A stretch of 64,000 nt of DNA from an uncultured Nitrospiraceae bacterium (GCA_963705105.1 CAVPIW010000011.1:24080-88079); one strand, 5' to 3'. Shown: positions 19,173 to 29,845, numbered from the stretch's first letter. Translations and numbers: made by a program. Notes: generated by a model from the sequence alone, not told the origin.

Positions 19173-19420
19173 TAACCCCTGCAGTTGTATGAAAAGGCGC
19201 GGCGAGGGCGCCTCAACGCCTTGCTGAAAACCTTACCGTTGGCATACACTCCCGCGAAAGGCGGGGTGTATGCGCCGAAAACCTTGCTGCGGCGACACCG
19301 TAACCCTCACAGAAGACAACCTTTCAAGCCAATGGTCGAAAAAAGTGAGCCTTTTCCCCGGCACTCACACTGACACTCACACTGTCTTTCAGAGCGCTTC
19401 GCCCCGCCTTTCTATGCAAC
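19173..19420 (+). repeat. Modular element E6 (B + hexamer module)
   Basis: TAACCCCTGCAGTTGTATGAAAAGGCG ... GAAAACCTTGCTGCGGCGACACC ... ATGGTCGA ... CACTGA tract ... GCCCCGCCTTTCTATGCAAC. Confidence 0.88.
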
Positions 19421-19520
19421 GACACGGTGACGTCGACGATGAGGCAGCCAATTTTTTTGTTGAATCCCGCGACGTCATGTGATATATGTTGATATATAGC
19501 ATGTGACGAAGGAGGCACCT

Positions 19521-21233
19521 ATGTCCTGCAGAGGGATCATGTCTTTTCTCGTGAGAGGTCTTTTCCTTGTTTGTCTTGCCATATTGTTCACATTCCGGCA
19601 GTCGGAGGCGGCGATTCTGACCTACCCGGGGTCTCCGCCCTGCAATTCGACCCTGCAGGCATGCATTGACGGGGCAGGCACGGGGGACACCGTGGATATC
19701 GGGACGAATGAGGCTATCGAGGAGCACCTCGATATAACAAGAAGCATTGTCCTCAAAGCGGCGGCGGGTTTCAAACCCGTCATCGGGGGTCAGACAGGAG
19801 GCATCATCCGATTCCGGGGACCTGATGGGGCGGATAATTCCTTTACTTTCCAGGGGATTACCGTGCGGGATGGGAATATCGATATAACGCATAGCAGCAC
19901 CGGCACGCTGACAGTTATTGTCTCTGATAATGACCTTCTCGTTTTCACCGGGACACAGCAATCGGGCATCTCGATCAGCGACTACTGCTATAACAATACC
20001 AGCACCCGCTGTGGAGACCTCTTCTTCCTCGTATCGGGCAACAGGATGACTGTCCCGCCGAGCACGGGTCAGGCCGAGGGCATTTCGGTGTCGTCGACGG
20101 GAAGCGGGCACGCGACAGGGGCCATTCAAAATAACGACATACTCATGGGGGGAAATCATCAGGGCGCAGCCATCGACGTTTACAACGGCGGCACCATCCT
20201 CGCCGTTGACGTTTCAGGAAATACTGCCTCGGGAACGAATTACAATAACGGTATCAGCCTCTTCCAGACGTCCGCCGGCGCATCGACCACAGCGAGGATC
20301 ACGAACAACCTTGTGACAGGACAGAACGGGAATGTCGGGAACTCGGGCGCTATCGCGGTCTACGGCAGCAACGGAGAACTGGATGTCGCCGTGATGAACA
20401 ACACTATGGCGGGAAACAGAGACGGCATCAGTGTAGGGGCAAGACACGATCAGGGCGCGATAGTACGTGCGAGAGTCGCCAACAACATCATAGCGAACAG
20501 CGCCGAAACGGGGCTGAGCCTGGACTCCGATTTCGTCCGGACCATCGACAACAGATACAACCTCGTCTTCGGTAACAAGTTGAATGTTTACGTGCCGGGG
20601 CCGGGCACCGTCACCTCTGACCCAATGTTCGTGGGAAACGGCAATTACCGGCTCAGGCCCGACTCGCCGGCAGTGAACAAGGGGCTGAATACGCCTGTTG
20701 ACGGTATTCCTTCCACCGACCTCGACGGCCTCAGCCGCATTTTCGGGGGGACTGTCGACATCGGCGCCTACGAGTATGCGATCATGACGGCCCCTGAAAA
20801 CCAGCAGTATCACACGTACTCTGCATCGGCATCGCCCGTGAGGAGCCCTGCCCCTGCTCATGCCCGGCCGCTCGGCATCGGTCCCTTCGCCGCCGGCGGG
20901 TCGGACATCCGGCTTTCCGTCGACGTCGGTCCGCTCAGCAATCCCGTCGATGTGTATATCGCTGCGGCTTACCTCGGGATTGCGGCGCCGCCGCAACCGG
21001 ACATCTTCATCCTGAGACCGGACAACACTTTCCAGAATTCATCGGTGGGAGTCGTCCCATGGAAGACAGGGATCACGGAAGCCGTCGAAGCGCTCACGGG
21101 AAACATCCCGATTGCGTCGCTTCCGTCCGGTTTCTACCGCTTCTATGTTGCCGTTACTCCGGTCGACTCAACAAGCGCTTACTATATCTGGGAAACGGGT
21201 TTCTTCATCCCGTTCTTCATCATTATTCAGTAG
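19521..21233 (+). CDS. Secreted right-handed beta-helix protein with shared C-terminal domain
   Basis: Signal peptide, Asn-rich (I.NN) repeats, YRLRPDSPAVNKG...DLDG..R...VDIGAYE motif typical of choice-of-anchor Q-like domains. Confidence 0.8.
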   Translation: MSCRGIMSFLVRGLFLVCLAILFTFRQSEAAILTYPGSPPCNSTLQACIDGAGTGDTVDIGTNEAIEEHLDITRSIVLKAAAGFKPVIGGQTGGIIRFRGPDGADNSFTFQGITVRDGNIDITHSSTGTLTVIVSDNDLLVFTGTQQSGISISDYCYNNTSTRCGDLFFLVSGNRMTVPPSTGQAEGISVSSTGSGHATGAIQNNDILMGGNHQGAAIDVYNGGTILAVDVSGNTASGTNYNNGISLFQTSAGASTTARITNNLVTGQNGNVGNSGAIAVYGSNGELDVAVMNNTMAGNRDGISVGARHDQGAIVRARVANNIIANSAETGLSLDSDFVRTIDNRYNLVFGNKLNVYVPGPGTVTSDPMFVGNGNYRLRPDSPAVNKGLNTPVDGIPSTDLDGLSRIFGGTVDIGAYEYAIMTAPENQQYHTYSASASPVRSPAPAHARPLGIGPFAAGGSDIRLSVDVGPLSNPVDVYIAAAYLGIAAPPQPDIFILRPDNTFQNSSVGVVPWKTGITEAVEALTGNIPIASLPSGFYRFYVAVTPVDSTSAYYIWETGFFIPFFIIIQ

Positions 21234-21301
21234 CCCGGCAGTGTTTCCCGCGGCGAACTTTAAAGACGCCCTTTTTCATTGACCTGCGGAGAGGAGGAAA
21301 A

Positions 21302-23014
21302 ATGGTTCCGACAACGGCAGTCACTTCCCTGATCATTCTTCTGATTCCCTGTGTCGTCCTTGCCGCTCCGGGGGACTTCGACAGGACCTTCAATGCGCCT
21401 TCGGGGCTCGTCTTCTATGACCCCGGCGAATCGGGCAATGCCGTGGCTGTTCAGGATGACGGAGGCATCATCGTCGCCGGCACCATCAAGAGCGGAGGGA
21501 CCTCGGACGTCCTTGTCCTGCGCTACGACAGCTCCGGCGTCCTCGACGCCTCCTTCGGGTCGAAAGGCGCCGTCACGTACGGCCTTCCGGCCAGGGACGA
21601 GTCGGTGACAGCCGTCGCCGTCCAGCATGACGGCAGGATCGTCGTTGCCGGCGCAGCGCACAACGGCAGCAACAACGATGTGCTCGTTCTCCGGTATAAC
21701 AGCGACGGGACACCCGACACGACCTTCGGGACCGGAGGCGTTTTCATGTACAACGCCCCGGCAAACGGCGACGACTTTGCCAAGGCTGTGGCGCTCCAGC
21801 CGGAAAGCGGAAAGATCGTCGTTGTCGGTGGGACATATAACGGAAAAAACACCGATGTACTGGCCCTTACGTTGCACACGAACGGCACGCTGGACACGGC
21901 TTTCGGAGCGGGTGGTGCCGTCGTCTACAATGGCGCAGCCGACGGCGATGACGTGGGCGAGGCACTTGCCGTTCAGAGGGACGGAAAGATCGTCGTGGCC
22001 GGCGGCACCTTCAACGGATCGGACAATGACGTCCTGTTGCTCAGGTATACCCCGGACGGTGCGCCCGATGTGACCTTTGCCGGCGGTGACGGTGTCGCAT
22101 CCTTCAATCCCTCTTCGGGGACAAATGAAGCAGCCAAGGCTGTGTCCCTGCAGCGGGACGGAAAGATCGTCCTTGCCGGTGGCGTCGTCGTGGCGTCGTC
22201 GATCGATCTCCTGGTCCTGAGATACAACGGAAACGGTCTTCCCGACGCGGGCTTCGGGACCGGCGGGGCCGTCATCTACGGCGGGGGAAGCACCAATGAA
22301 TCGGCCAGGTCACTGTCTGTCCAGGCCGACGGAAAGATCGTTGTCGGGGGGATTGTGCAGGATACCGCCCAGGTCGACGGGATCATCATCCGGTATGACG
22401 ACCATGGCGTTCCCGACCCTGCCTTCGGTTCGGCCGGTGTCGTGACCTTCGGCACCTCCCTGGGATCGAGCGATTACATCAATGCCCTTCTGATGCAGCG
22501 GGATGGGAAAATCGTCGCCACAGGCCGCACATCTCCTCCGGCCATAGCGAGTTCCGATATTGTTGTCATGAGGGTCACCGGGCAGGAGTTCATGGAGCCG
22601 CCCACGGGCATGCAGACCTTTTCATACCCCGCAACGATGGCCCCTGTGCGGGGCGTCGACCCTGAGCTGGCCTGGCCTATCGGCACAGGCCCCTTCGTTG
22701 CCGGGGGAGACGTGGTCAATATCCGCGTCGGTCTGACCGGGTTTTCCTCACCTGTCGACATGTACGTCATCATCTCGGCGCCGTCCCTTTCGTCGGAACT
22801 CTGGCTGATGGGCCCGGACGGCGGCCTTCAACCCGCCTCATCAGGAATCGTGAAATGGAAAGATAATACTGCAAGGCCCGTCGATACGTCGCTCTTCGGT
22901 GATATTCCGTTGCGGATTTTCCCGCCGGGGACATATCAATTTTACATGGGAGTGACGACCGCCGGCAGCCTGGACGGTATCTATCTCTGGACGACCAATT
23001 TCGTCGTACCGTAA
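21302..23014 (+). CDS. Secreted delta-60 repeat (beta-propeller) protein with shared C-terminal domain
   Basis: Seven repeats of A.A.Q.DGKIVVAG...RY..DG..D..FG; SD GGAGG before ATG 21302. Confidence 0.88.
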   Translation: MVPTTAVTSLIILLIPCVVLAAPGDFDRTFNAPSGLVFYDPGESGNAVAVQDDGGIIVAGTIKSGGTSDVLVLRYDSSGVLDASFGSKGAVTYGLPARDESVTAVAVQHDGRIVVAGAAHNGSNNDVLVLRYNSDGTPDTTFGTGGVFMYNAPANGDDFAKAVALQPESGKIVVVGGTYNGKNTDVLALTLHTNGTLDTAFGAGGAVVYNGAADGDDVGEALAVQRDGKIVVAGGTFNGSDNDVLLLRYTPDGAPDVTFAGGDGVASFNPSSGTNEAAKAVSLQRDGKIVLAGGVVVASSIDLLVLRYNGNGLPDAGFGTGGAVIYGGGSTNESARSLSVQADGKIVVGGIVQDTAQVDGIIIRYDDHGVPDPAFGSAGVVTFGTSLGSSDYINALLMQRDGKIVATGRTSPPAIASSDIVVMRVTGQEFMEPPTGMQTFSYPATMAPVRGVDPELAWPIGTGPFVAGGDVVNIRVGLTGFSSPVDMYVIISAPSLSSELWLMGPDGGLQPASSGIVKWKDNTARPVDTSLFGDIPLRIFPPGTYQFYMGVTTAGSLDGIYLWTTNFVVP

Positions 23015-23362
23015 ACAGGCATTGGACCATTGGTGTCCGGATTAATCTGGAACAGGATAGGCGATCCCGGATTTGAACGTCCCCTGGTGCCCGCGATACT
23101 CCGGGCACGGGCCAGGCTATGGAACGGCGGGAACGTTATTTTCCTGTTGACAACCACGGTTTTGCCGGTTATACATGAGGTAAGAAGCGGGAGGCTGCTC
23201 CATGTTGCCGAGAAGGGAGGACAATGTGTTCGGTATTATCGGATAGTGTGTTTTGGAAAGGCAAGGGTGTCTTGCATGATTGTCATTTGGCAGGGGCAGA
23301 CCCCAAAGCGCTAAGCCTTGATCATCCGACGCAGGCCGGAAGAAGCACGAGGAGGGAGGAAG

Positions 23363-25537
23363 ATGAAAAGGAAGGCAGTTGCATTTTTTTCGCTTGCCGT
23401 TCTCGTTATCGTCTCGGTATCGCTCACTGATGCGTTGTCTCAACAGCCTGTCCCCGCTGTCAGGATAAACGATATGAGTGGCTCCATTCAGTTGGCTCAG
23501 CCCAACACATTCAAACTATCGTTGTCGCTCAACAGCGGCGAAAATACCGGGAATGCGGACTGGTGGCTTGCGGCAGCCACACCGGCCGGCATTTATTTTC
23601 TGTCTCCTGCCGGCTGGACACCCACCGTAGCCCCGGTTTATCAAGGGCCTCTCCTGAACATTCCGCCTCTCACGTTGTTTGATTTTCCGGTTACGGGGCT
23701 TCCGCCGTCAACATTCGCTTTTTACTTTGGCATTGATACGGAAATGGACGGGGCTATTACGGGGGATAGGCTCTTCTTCGACTGGGCGGAGGTATCATTT
23801 GCCGACAGTCCTCAGCCGGTTCAAGGTGCTGCAAAGGTCACCGTACCCGTCCTCATGTACTATTTGGAGCGTTACTTCACCCAAGCTGCCGGGCCAACCG
23901 ACCACGACAAGGCAATTGCGTCGGTTCTCGACAACTCCCCACAGAACAGGACATATTTTCGATCACTTCTCGATGCGTATAGAGCAATTCCATCTGGGAT
24001 GAAAATCCTGGTCTTTGACCAGTCAACACTTCAGATTACGGCAAATGTGACTGCACCGCTCGATCTCAGTTCTGTCAGGCAGAGGATTGCATTCTACGAT
24101 TCCGAACTCATGAGGAACAGACCGGATGCCCCAACGGGCCTCGCGGCTAAAAACGCATCCGTCCCGCCTGATCCTGATACTCCCGGCAGCGACAAATTTC
24201 AGGTCGAGCTGAAATGGGTCGACAACTCAGCGGATGAGGACGGGTTCGTCGTCTATCGTGCGAAGCAAGACGCCCTTACCAACAAGTTGACTATCGTATC
24301 AAGCCAGAAGGTTGCACCTGGTGTCATGACGTTTATTGATAAGCTTGCACAACCATCAAATATTGACGACCAATACTGCTATCAAGTCACCGCTTTCAGG
24401 CAGGTCGGCCAAAAATCAATAGAGTCTGACCTTTCCAATGTTGCCTGCTCATACTATCACTGGGTCAAGCTGCCGCAGCCGCCTGACGCCGATAAGGACG
24501 GTTTTTCGGACTCCTATGACAAGTGCCCTTTCGAAACAGGCATCAATCTCTTTGGTGCAGAGGGATGCCCTGACCTTGACGCTGATGGAGTAGCGGACAA
24601 GGACGATTCCTGCCCAATCACATGGGGAGAGGGCTCTGACGGGTGCCCCCTCAGGTACAATATCCGATGGATGGGCATGAAGGTTTTGAACAACTCCGGG
24701 ACGGTGGCGTATTACCCCTATCAAGTGATAGATGCAGAAGGAAAAGTCTTGTACGACATGGACTCTGATGATGAAGAGCCTTACCTGCTTTTTACGTCAA
24801 TAAATGGCATGACGCAGGGGGGTATGGCTCAACACTGGGTTGCGAATTGGTGTTGCGGAGAGAAGGTGAATGTGAAAAAGGGAGATGACTTTGAGCCTGA
24901 CAATGACATAAGCGGTGAAGAAACGTATAACACATCCCCTCTGCTGCAGGATCTTCTGAATCACGGACACACGGTATTCCCGGAGTTTCAAAAACAATTT
25001 GCCGAAATCGACAAGAAATTTGGCCTTGCCATGACAGTCTCCCTGAGAGAGCACGACGGTTTACAAACAGTGACGCTCGATGAGGCGGATAAGCTCGGTG
25101 ACGCCGTCAAACTCGGCGGCGTGGTCGCTGGCGCAGTTTCAACATGTGTGGGCACCGGCGGCTTTGGCTGTCTGGCTGCTATAGGGAAAGCCATAAAAGA
25201 CTTCGTCGATACGATATTTGGTTGGATGCAGCCTTCACAAACGGTGACGATAGACAATCCCGAAGACCACATGGGAAGCGTTTCCTGGGTCTTGGACCGT
25301 TCTGACGCTGCATATAAAACGAGTACGAACGGCACCTATGGATTCTCCTTCGACGTGCCGAAACAATATACCGCCGGGTGTCTCTATATCCCGTGCAGCG
25401 TCGCAAACAGCGTACCCTGGACCATGCGTGCCAGAGTCTATTTTTGCCTCTATCGGGAAGGCATACAGGAGAAAGACCTGAAAAGCCTCTGCGGCAACCT
25501 GACGAGTTATGCGAACGAGAATCCTAACGTGCAATAA
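23363..25537 (+). CDS. Large secreted protein: Ig-like domain, FN3-like domain, TSP3-like Ca-binding repeats, unknown C-terminal half
   Basis: Signal peptide; PDAPTGL..LKWVDNS.DEDGFVVYR..YCYQVTA (FN3-like); DADKDGFSDSYDKCP and DLDADGVADKDDSCP. Confidence 0.8.
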   Translation: MKRKAVAFFSLAVLVIVSVSLTDALSQQPVPAVRINDMSGSIQLAQPNTFKLSLSLNSGENTGNADWWLAAATPAGIYFLSPAGWTPTVAPVYQGPLLNIPPLTLFDFPVTGLPPSTFAFYFGIDTEMDGAITGDRLFFDWAEVSFADSPQPVQGAAKVTVPVLMYYLERYFTQAAGPTDHDKAIASVLDNSPQNRTYFRSLLDAYRAIPSGMKILVFDQSTLQITANVTAPLDLSSVRQRIAFYDSELMRNRPDAPTGLAAKNASVPPDPDTPGSDKFQVELKWVDNSADEDGFVVYRAKQDALTNKLTIVSSQKVAPGVMTFIDKLAQPSNIDDQYCYQVTAFRQVGQKSIESDLSNVACSYYHWVKLPQPPDADKDGFSDSYDKCPFETGINLFGAEGCPDLDADGVADKDDSCPITWGEGSDGCPLRYNIRWMGMKVLNNSGTVAYYPYQVIDAEGKVLYDMDSDDEEPYLLFTSINGMTQGGMAQHWVANWCCGEKVNVKKGDDFEPDNDISGEETYNTSPLLQDLLNHGHTVFPEFQKQFAEIDKKFGLAMTVSLREHDGLQTVTLDEADKLGDAVKLGGVVAGAVSTCVGTGGFGCLAAIGKAIKDFVDTIFGWMQPSQTVTIDNPEDHMGSVSWVLDRSDAAYKTSTNGTYGFSFDVPKQYTAGCLYIPCSVANSVPWTMRARVYFCLYREGIQEKDLKSLCGNLTSYANENPNVQ

Positions 25538-25735
25538 CCCTGCAGTTGCATGAAAAGGCGGGGGGAAGCGCTCTGAAAAAAAAGTGTCAGTGGCAGTGTG
25601 AGTGTCAGCAAAAAGCTCCTTTTTCAGACATTGGCTTAAAGTATTGTCTTCCGTCTCGATACAGGTGTCGCCGCAGCATGGTTTTCGGCGTATACACCCC
25701 GCCTTTCCGGAAAGCGTATGCAACGATACGGTGAA
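25535..25735 (-). repeat. Modular element E7 (B'' + hexamer module)
   Basis: Begins at the TAA stop of the upstream gene: TAACCCTGCAGTTGCATGAAAAGGCGGGG ... CCCCGCCTTTCCGGAAAGCGTATGCAACGATACGGTGA. Confidence 0.88.
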
Positions 25736-25763
25736 CCTTCACCAGCAGACAGGAGAACTAAAG

Positions 25764-27476
25764 ATGATCGGAAAAATCGTATTCTTTGTCCTTACATTAT
25801 CTCTGGCATCAGGAGCCGCCTTTGCAGCGCCCGGCGATCTCGACCCGACCTTCAATGCGCCGACAGGATTCCTTTTTTACGAGCCTGGCTTATCAGTCAG
25901 CGGGGTCGCCGTTCAGGAGGACGGACGGATGGTTGTCGCCGGGATGTCATCCAACGGTATGAATGAAGATATGCTGGTCTTCAGGTACCTTGAGAACGGT
26001 CTCTTCGATCCCTCTTTCGGCAACAACGGCATCGTCACCTTTGACGGTCCTGCCGGGTACATCGACCGCGCCAATACCGTCGCAATGCAGCCCGACGGCA
26101 AGATCGTCGTCGCCGGCAGCAGCCACGGCGGACCGAGTCAGTTCGATGCGGTGATCCTTCGCCTGACCCGGAGCGGCATTCCCGATCCCGACTTCGGGGG
26201 CGGAGACGGGCTCGCCGTGTTCAATACCGCCGGAAACGGCAATGAATACGCGAATGATCTGCTGGTGCAGCCGGACGGGAAGATCGTCGTCGTCGGCAAG
26301 ATCGTCAACAGTACGGACAGCGACGTCCTCATCCTCCGCTATAACAGCAACGGGACCCTTGACTCGGCCTTCGGAATGAACGGTGTCGCGACGTACAATC
26401 ACGGTACGAATACCGATGAGGAGGCATACAGCGCAGCCCTTCAGCCCGACGGGAAGATCGTCGTCACGGGATACACGAAGGACGGCCCGGACACGGAAAT
26501 CATCCTCGTCCTGCGTTTCAACGGCAACGGCACGCTTGACAACAACTTCGGCGGAGGGGACGGCATCGTCACATATTCCAGTGCCGTACCCGGTCCTGAC
26601 ATGGGCTTTGCTGTCGCCCTTCAGAGAGACGGGAAGATCGTCGTCGGAGGAGTACTCGATCTGACCGATTTCCTCGTCATGCGTTTCAACGCCAACGGTA
26701 CCGTCGATGCGGGCTTCGGCACGAACGGTGTCGTCACCTTTTCAGGACCCCTATCAGGATTGAACAAGGCCATAAGCATTGCCATCCAACCTGACGGGAA
26801 GATCGTCGTCGGCGGTTCGGCCCAGTACGAAGCGCCGGATCTCGTCGTGCTCCGTTATACCGAAAGCGGCAGTCTCGACGATACCTTCGCCGAAGGGGGA
26901 GTCTTCAGGTACAACGGTCCTGCGAGGATATACGCCGACGAGGCCTCGGCGGTCGCCATAGGCCCCGACGGAAAAATCGTCGTCGCAGGAAATATCGGCA
27001 GCGTAACGGGCAACGACATTATCACCATGAGGCTGGTCGGACAGGAGCGGCTCATGGTGCCTGTCGCGGAGACGGTCATATCCTATCCTCAGGTCGTCCA
27101 GTCTTATGTCAGCGTCGACCCCCTCCTGTCGAAGCCCGTCGGCCTCGGCCCTGTCGCTGCGGGGAATCCCGTCCTGGACCTTCAGGTCGGTCTGCACAGC
27201 CTGTCCGGACCCGTCGACGTCTACCTCGCCATCCATGCGCCCGTCCTCGATCCGAACACCTTCTTCATCATCAAACCGGACAACTCCGTCCAGCCCCACA
27301 GGGAGGGAATCGTCCCCTGGAGGTCGGCGACGGAAGGGCCCCTGTCCTTGAGCCTCTACGGACCGGTTCCCATAGAGGGGCTCGCCGCGGGCACATATTA
27401 TTTTTACGCCGTTGTGTTGCCCCACGGCGCTCCGGGTGGCTATTACCTCTGGCAAACCTCGTTCACCGTCCCCTGA
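25764..27476 (+). CDS. Secreted delta-60 repeat protein, paralogue of 21302-23014
   Basis: AAPGDLDPTFNAP start, seven QPDGKIVV repeats and the same C-terminal domain. Confidence 0.88.
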   Translation: MIGKIVFFVLTLSLASGAAFAAPGDLDPTFNAPTGFLFYEPGLSVSGVAVQEDGRMVVAGMSSNGMNEDMLVFRYLENGLFDPSFGNNGIVTFDGPAGYIDRANTVAMQPDGKIVVAGSSHGGPSQFDAVILRLTRSGIPDPDFGGGDGLAVFNTAGNGNEYANDLLVQPDGKIVVVGKIVNSTDSDVLILRYNSNGTLDSAFGMNGVATYNHGTNTDEEAYSAALQPDGKIVVTGYTKDGPDTEIILVLRFNGNGTLDNNFGGGDGIVTYSSAVPGPDMGFAVALQRDGKIVVGGVLDLTDFLVMRFNANGTVDAGFGTNGVVTFSGPLSGLNKAISIAIQPDGKIVVGGSAQYEAPDLVVLRYTESGSLDDTFAEGGVFRYNGPARIYADEASAVAIGPDGKIVVAGNIGSVTGNDIITMRLVGQERLMVPVAETVISYPQVVQSYVSVDPLLSKPVGLGPVAAGNPVLDLQVGLHSLSGPVDVYLAIHAPVLDPNTFFIIKPDNSVQPHREGIVPWRSATEGPLSLSLYGPVPIEGLAAGTYYFYAVVLPHGAPGGYYLWQTSFTVP

Positions 27477-27592
27477 ATTCCTGTGAACTGTCTCAAAAGG
27501 GTATTCACAGAAACCCCTCTCCCCTCATGCCCTGTTCTCGTGTCACATTATTTTTGGACAGCAGTGTGCCACGGTAGTCTGAGGAGAACACA

Positions 27593-28321
27593 GTGATCGC
27601 CGATGAACTCGTCGATGAGATTATCGAGGCACATGGCGGGCGGGCTTTATGGAACAGCATAGAGACCGTAGAGGCGGTTATCTCTGCCCGGGGCTTCCTC
27701 TTCACAGCCAAGCGGAGGCCGGTCCTGGACCGCGTCAGGGTCACCGCAAATGCGCAAGAGCCGCGCCTCGTCTTTCACGACTTTCCCTCGCCCGGCTCGA
27801 CGGCGGAGCTCGTGGGGAACAAAGAGGTGCGGATCACCGGACGGGAAGGGAGGCTTGTCTGGAAGCGACTCAACCCCCGGCAGGCATTCAAGAGACTGAG
27901 ACATATCATCTGGTGGGATGACCTCGATTTCGTCTATTTCGGGGGGTATGCCCTGTGGAATTATCTCACCACACCCTTTCTCTTTGTCCGCGAAGGCTTT
28001 CAATTCGCGGTCCCTGATTTCTCCGGCGACGGCCCGTCGTCATGGACAAGACTGCTTGTCACCTTCCCGGACGGGATTCCGACCCATTGCAAAAGGCAGA
28101 TATTCCACGTTGACGAGAACCGGTATATCCGTCGTCTCGACTATACGGCCGAGGTGGTCGCAGGCTGGGCGAGGGCGGCCCATGTCTGTGAACTATACCA
28201 GGACTTTAAGGGATACAAGGCACCCACGCGGAGGCGGATCCTCCCGATGCCATGGGGAAATATGCCGCTGCCCGGCCCGGTCCTCGTCGCAATAGACATT
28301 CACGACATCCGAACCCTCTGA
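27593..28321 (+). CDS. Conserved hypothetical protein
   Basis: SD GAGGAG; I.AHGG...W and YFGGYALWNYLTTPF segments; function not recognised. Confidence 0.75.
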   Translation: MIADELVDEIIEAHGGRALWNSIETVEAVISARGFLFTAKRRPVLDRVRVTANAQEPRLVFHDFPSPGSTAELVGNKEVRITGREGRLVWKRLNPRQAFKRLRHIIWWDDLDFVYFGGYALWNYLTTPFLFVREGFQFAVPDFSGDGPSSWTRLLVTFPDGIPTHCKRQIFHVDENRYIRRLDYTAEVVAGWARAAHVCELYQDFKGYKAPTRRRILPMPWGNMPLPGPVLVAIDIHDIRTL

Positions 28322-28362
28322 GCTTCGTCCGCAGGGGACGGCGAATAAGCTATAATGGTGTC

Positions 28363-29643
28363 ATGGAGGATCTCTTTACCGGAAGAAGCGTGCTCACCCT
28401 CTCCGAGTTGAACGGACTCATCCGTTCGGTCCTCGGCGATGCCTTTCCCGATTCATACTGGATCATTGCAGAAATCGCCGATGTCCGCAGCAATCAGCGG
28501 GGCCACTGCTATCTCGAGCTCGTCCAGAAGGAGGGCCCGCAGACTGTCGCCCAGATGAGGGCCACGATCTGGGCATACGAGTACCGGCGCATCGGCGCGA
28601 AGTTCGCCCAAGTGACGGGGGAGCGGCCAAAACCGGGGATGAAGGCGCTCCTTCTCGTCACGGTGAATTTCCACGAAGTCTACGGCATGAGCCTCAATGT
28701 CCGGGATATCGATCCCTCCTACACCCTCGGGGAGATGGCCCGGAAGAAACAGGAGATCATCGCGCGTCTCAGGGCGGAGGGCCTCATCGACCTCAACAAG
28801 GGCCTGGACCTCCCCCTCGTCCCGCAGCGCATCGCCGTCATATCTTCGCCCACTGCTGCGGGGTACGGGGACTTCTTCCATCAACTCGACGGGAACGTCT
28901 ATGGTTACCGTTTCATCCACATCCTTTTTCCTGCGGTCATGCAGGGCCAGGAGGCGGAGGTGTCGATCCTCGGGGCCCTCGAACGGATCAGGGCCGTACG
29001 GCATCTCTACGACATCGTCGCGATCATCCGCGGGGGAGGCTCCGTCGTCGACCTGAGCTGCTTCGACAGCTACGACCTCGGAGCGGCGGTCGCGCGGTTT
29101 CCCCTGCCTGTGGTCACCGGCATCGGCCATGAGCGGGATGAGACGGTCGTGGATGCCGTCGCCCACACGAGGATGAAAACACCCACGGCCGTCGCCGAGT
29201 TCTTCCTTTCGGGCATGCGGGGCTTCGAGGAACAGGTCATCGCGCTCCTGAACAGGCTCAGGAGCTCCGTCGGGCATGCCGTTAAGGATGAGCGTCACCG
29301 GCTCCGGGACCTGGTCCACAGGCTCAGATATGCCCCGTCCCAGGCCGCGGTCTCATCACGAGCGCATCTGTCCCGGATGCGGGCAAACCTGAAGTCCGCC
29401 GTCCTGCGGATCATCGATCGCGAGACGAACAGGCTGGCACGCATGGAGCAGGCGGCGCGTCATCTCGATCCGTCCAACGTCCTGAGGAGGGGGTACAGCA
29501 TCACCCGCGTCGGGGGAAAAGTCATAAGGGATCTGTCCGGGCTCCGCAAGGGCTCCTCCATCGAGACGGAGCTTCACTGCGGATCCGTTGTCAGCACCGT
29601 CGAAAGCGTGCAGTTGGAGGGAAAAGCGGCGCCTATGCGATGA
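28363..29643 (+). CDS. xseA: Exodeoxyribonuclease VII large subunit
   Basis: GHCYLEL, IIRGGGS..DL..F, TGIGHERD and TPTAVAE motifs. Confidence 0.95.
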   Translation: MEDLFTGRSVLTLSELNGLIRSVLGDAFPDSYWIIAEIADVRSNQRGHCYLELVQKEGPQTVAQMRATIWAYEYRRIGAKFAQVTGERPKPGMKALLLVTVNFHEVYGMSLNVRDIDPSYTLGEMARKKQEIIARLRAEGLIDLNKGLDLPLVPQRIAVISSPTAAGYGDFFHQLDGNVYGYRFIHILFPAVMQGQEAEVSILGALERIRAVRHLYDIVAIIRGGGSVVDLSCFDSYDLGAAVARFPLPVVTGIGHERDETVVDAVAHTRMKTPTAVAEFFLSGMRGFEEQVIALLNRLRSSVGHAVKDERHRLRDLVHRLRYAPSQAAVSSRAHLSRMRANLKSAVLRIIDRETNRLARMEQAARHLDPSNVLRRGYSITRVGGKVIRDLSGLRKGSSIETELHCGSVVSTVESVQLEGKAAPMR

Positions 29644-29649
29644 TGTCAT

Positions 29650-29845
29650 TTCCGGAAAGGCGGGGGGAATGCGCCGACAAGCCTCGGTGCTGCGAAACCT
29701 TTGTCTTCCCGCGAAGATCATCTCAGGTCGATGGTCGATGACATAAAGGATGAAGTCCTGATACACCAATAATAACCGATCATGCTCGCTATCAGCGAGG
29801 CTCTGAGGCGCTTTGCCCCGCCTTTTCATGCAACGGCAAAGTTAA
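29650..29845 (+). repeat. Modular element E8 (B' + C module), between xseA and xseB
   Basis: TCCGGAAAGGCGGGG ... GCCTCGGTGCTGCGAAACC ... GATGGTCGA ... GCCCCGCCTTTTCATGCAACGGCAAAGTTA. Confidence 0.85.

Noticed and set aside
19173..27476. Classical integron cassette array
   Set aside because: No intI or attI is visible, the elements occur in both orientations and between core genes, and not every accessory gene is followed by a site. Only the resemblance of the ends is reported.
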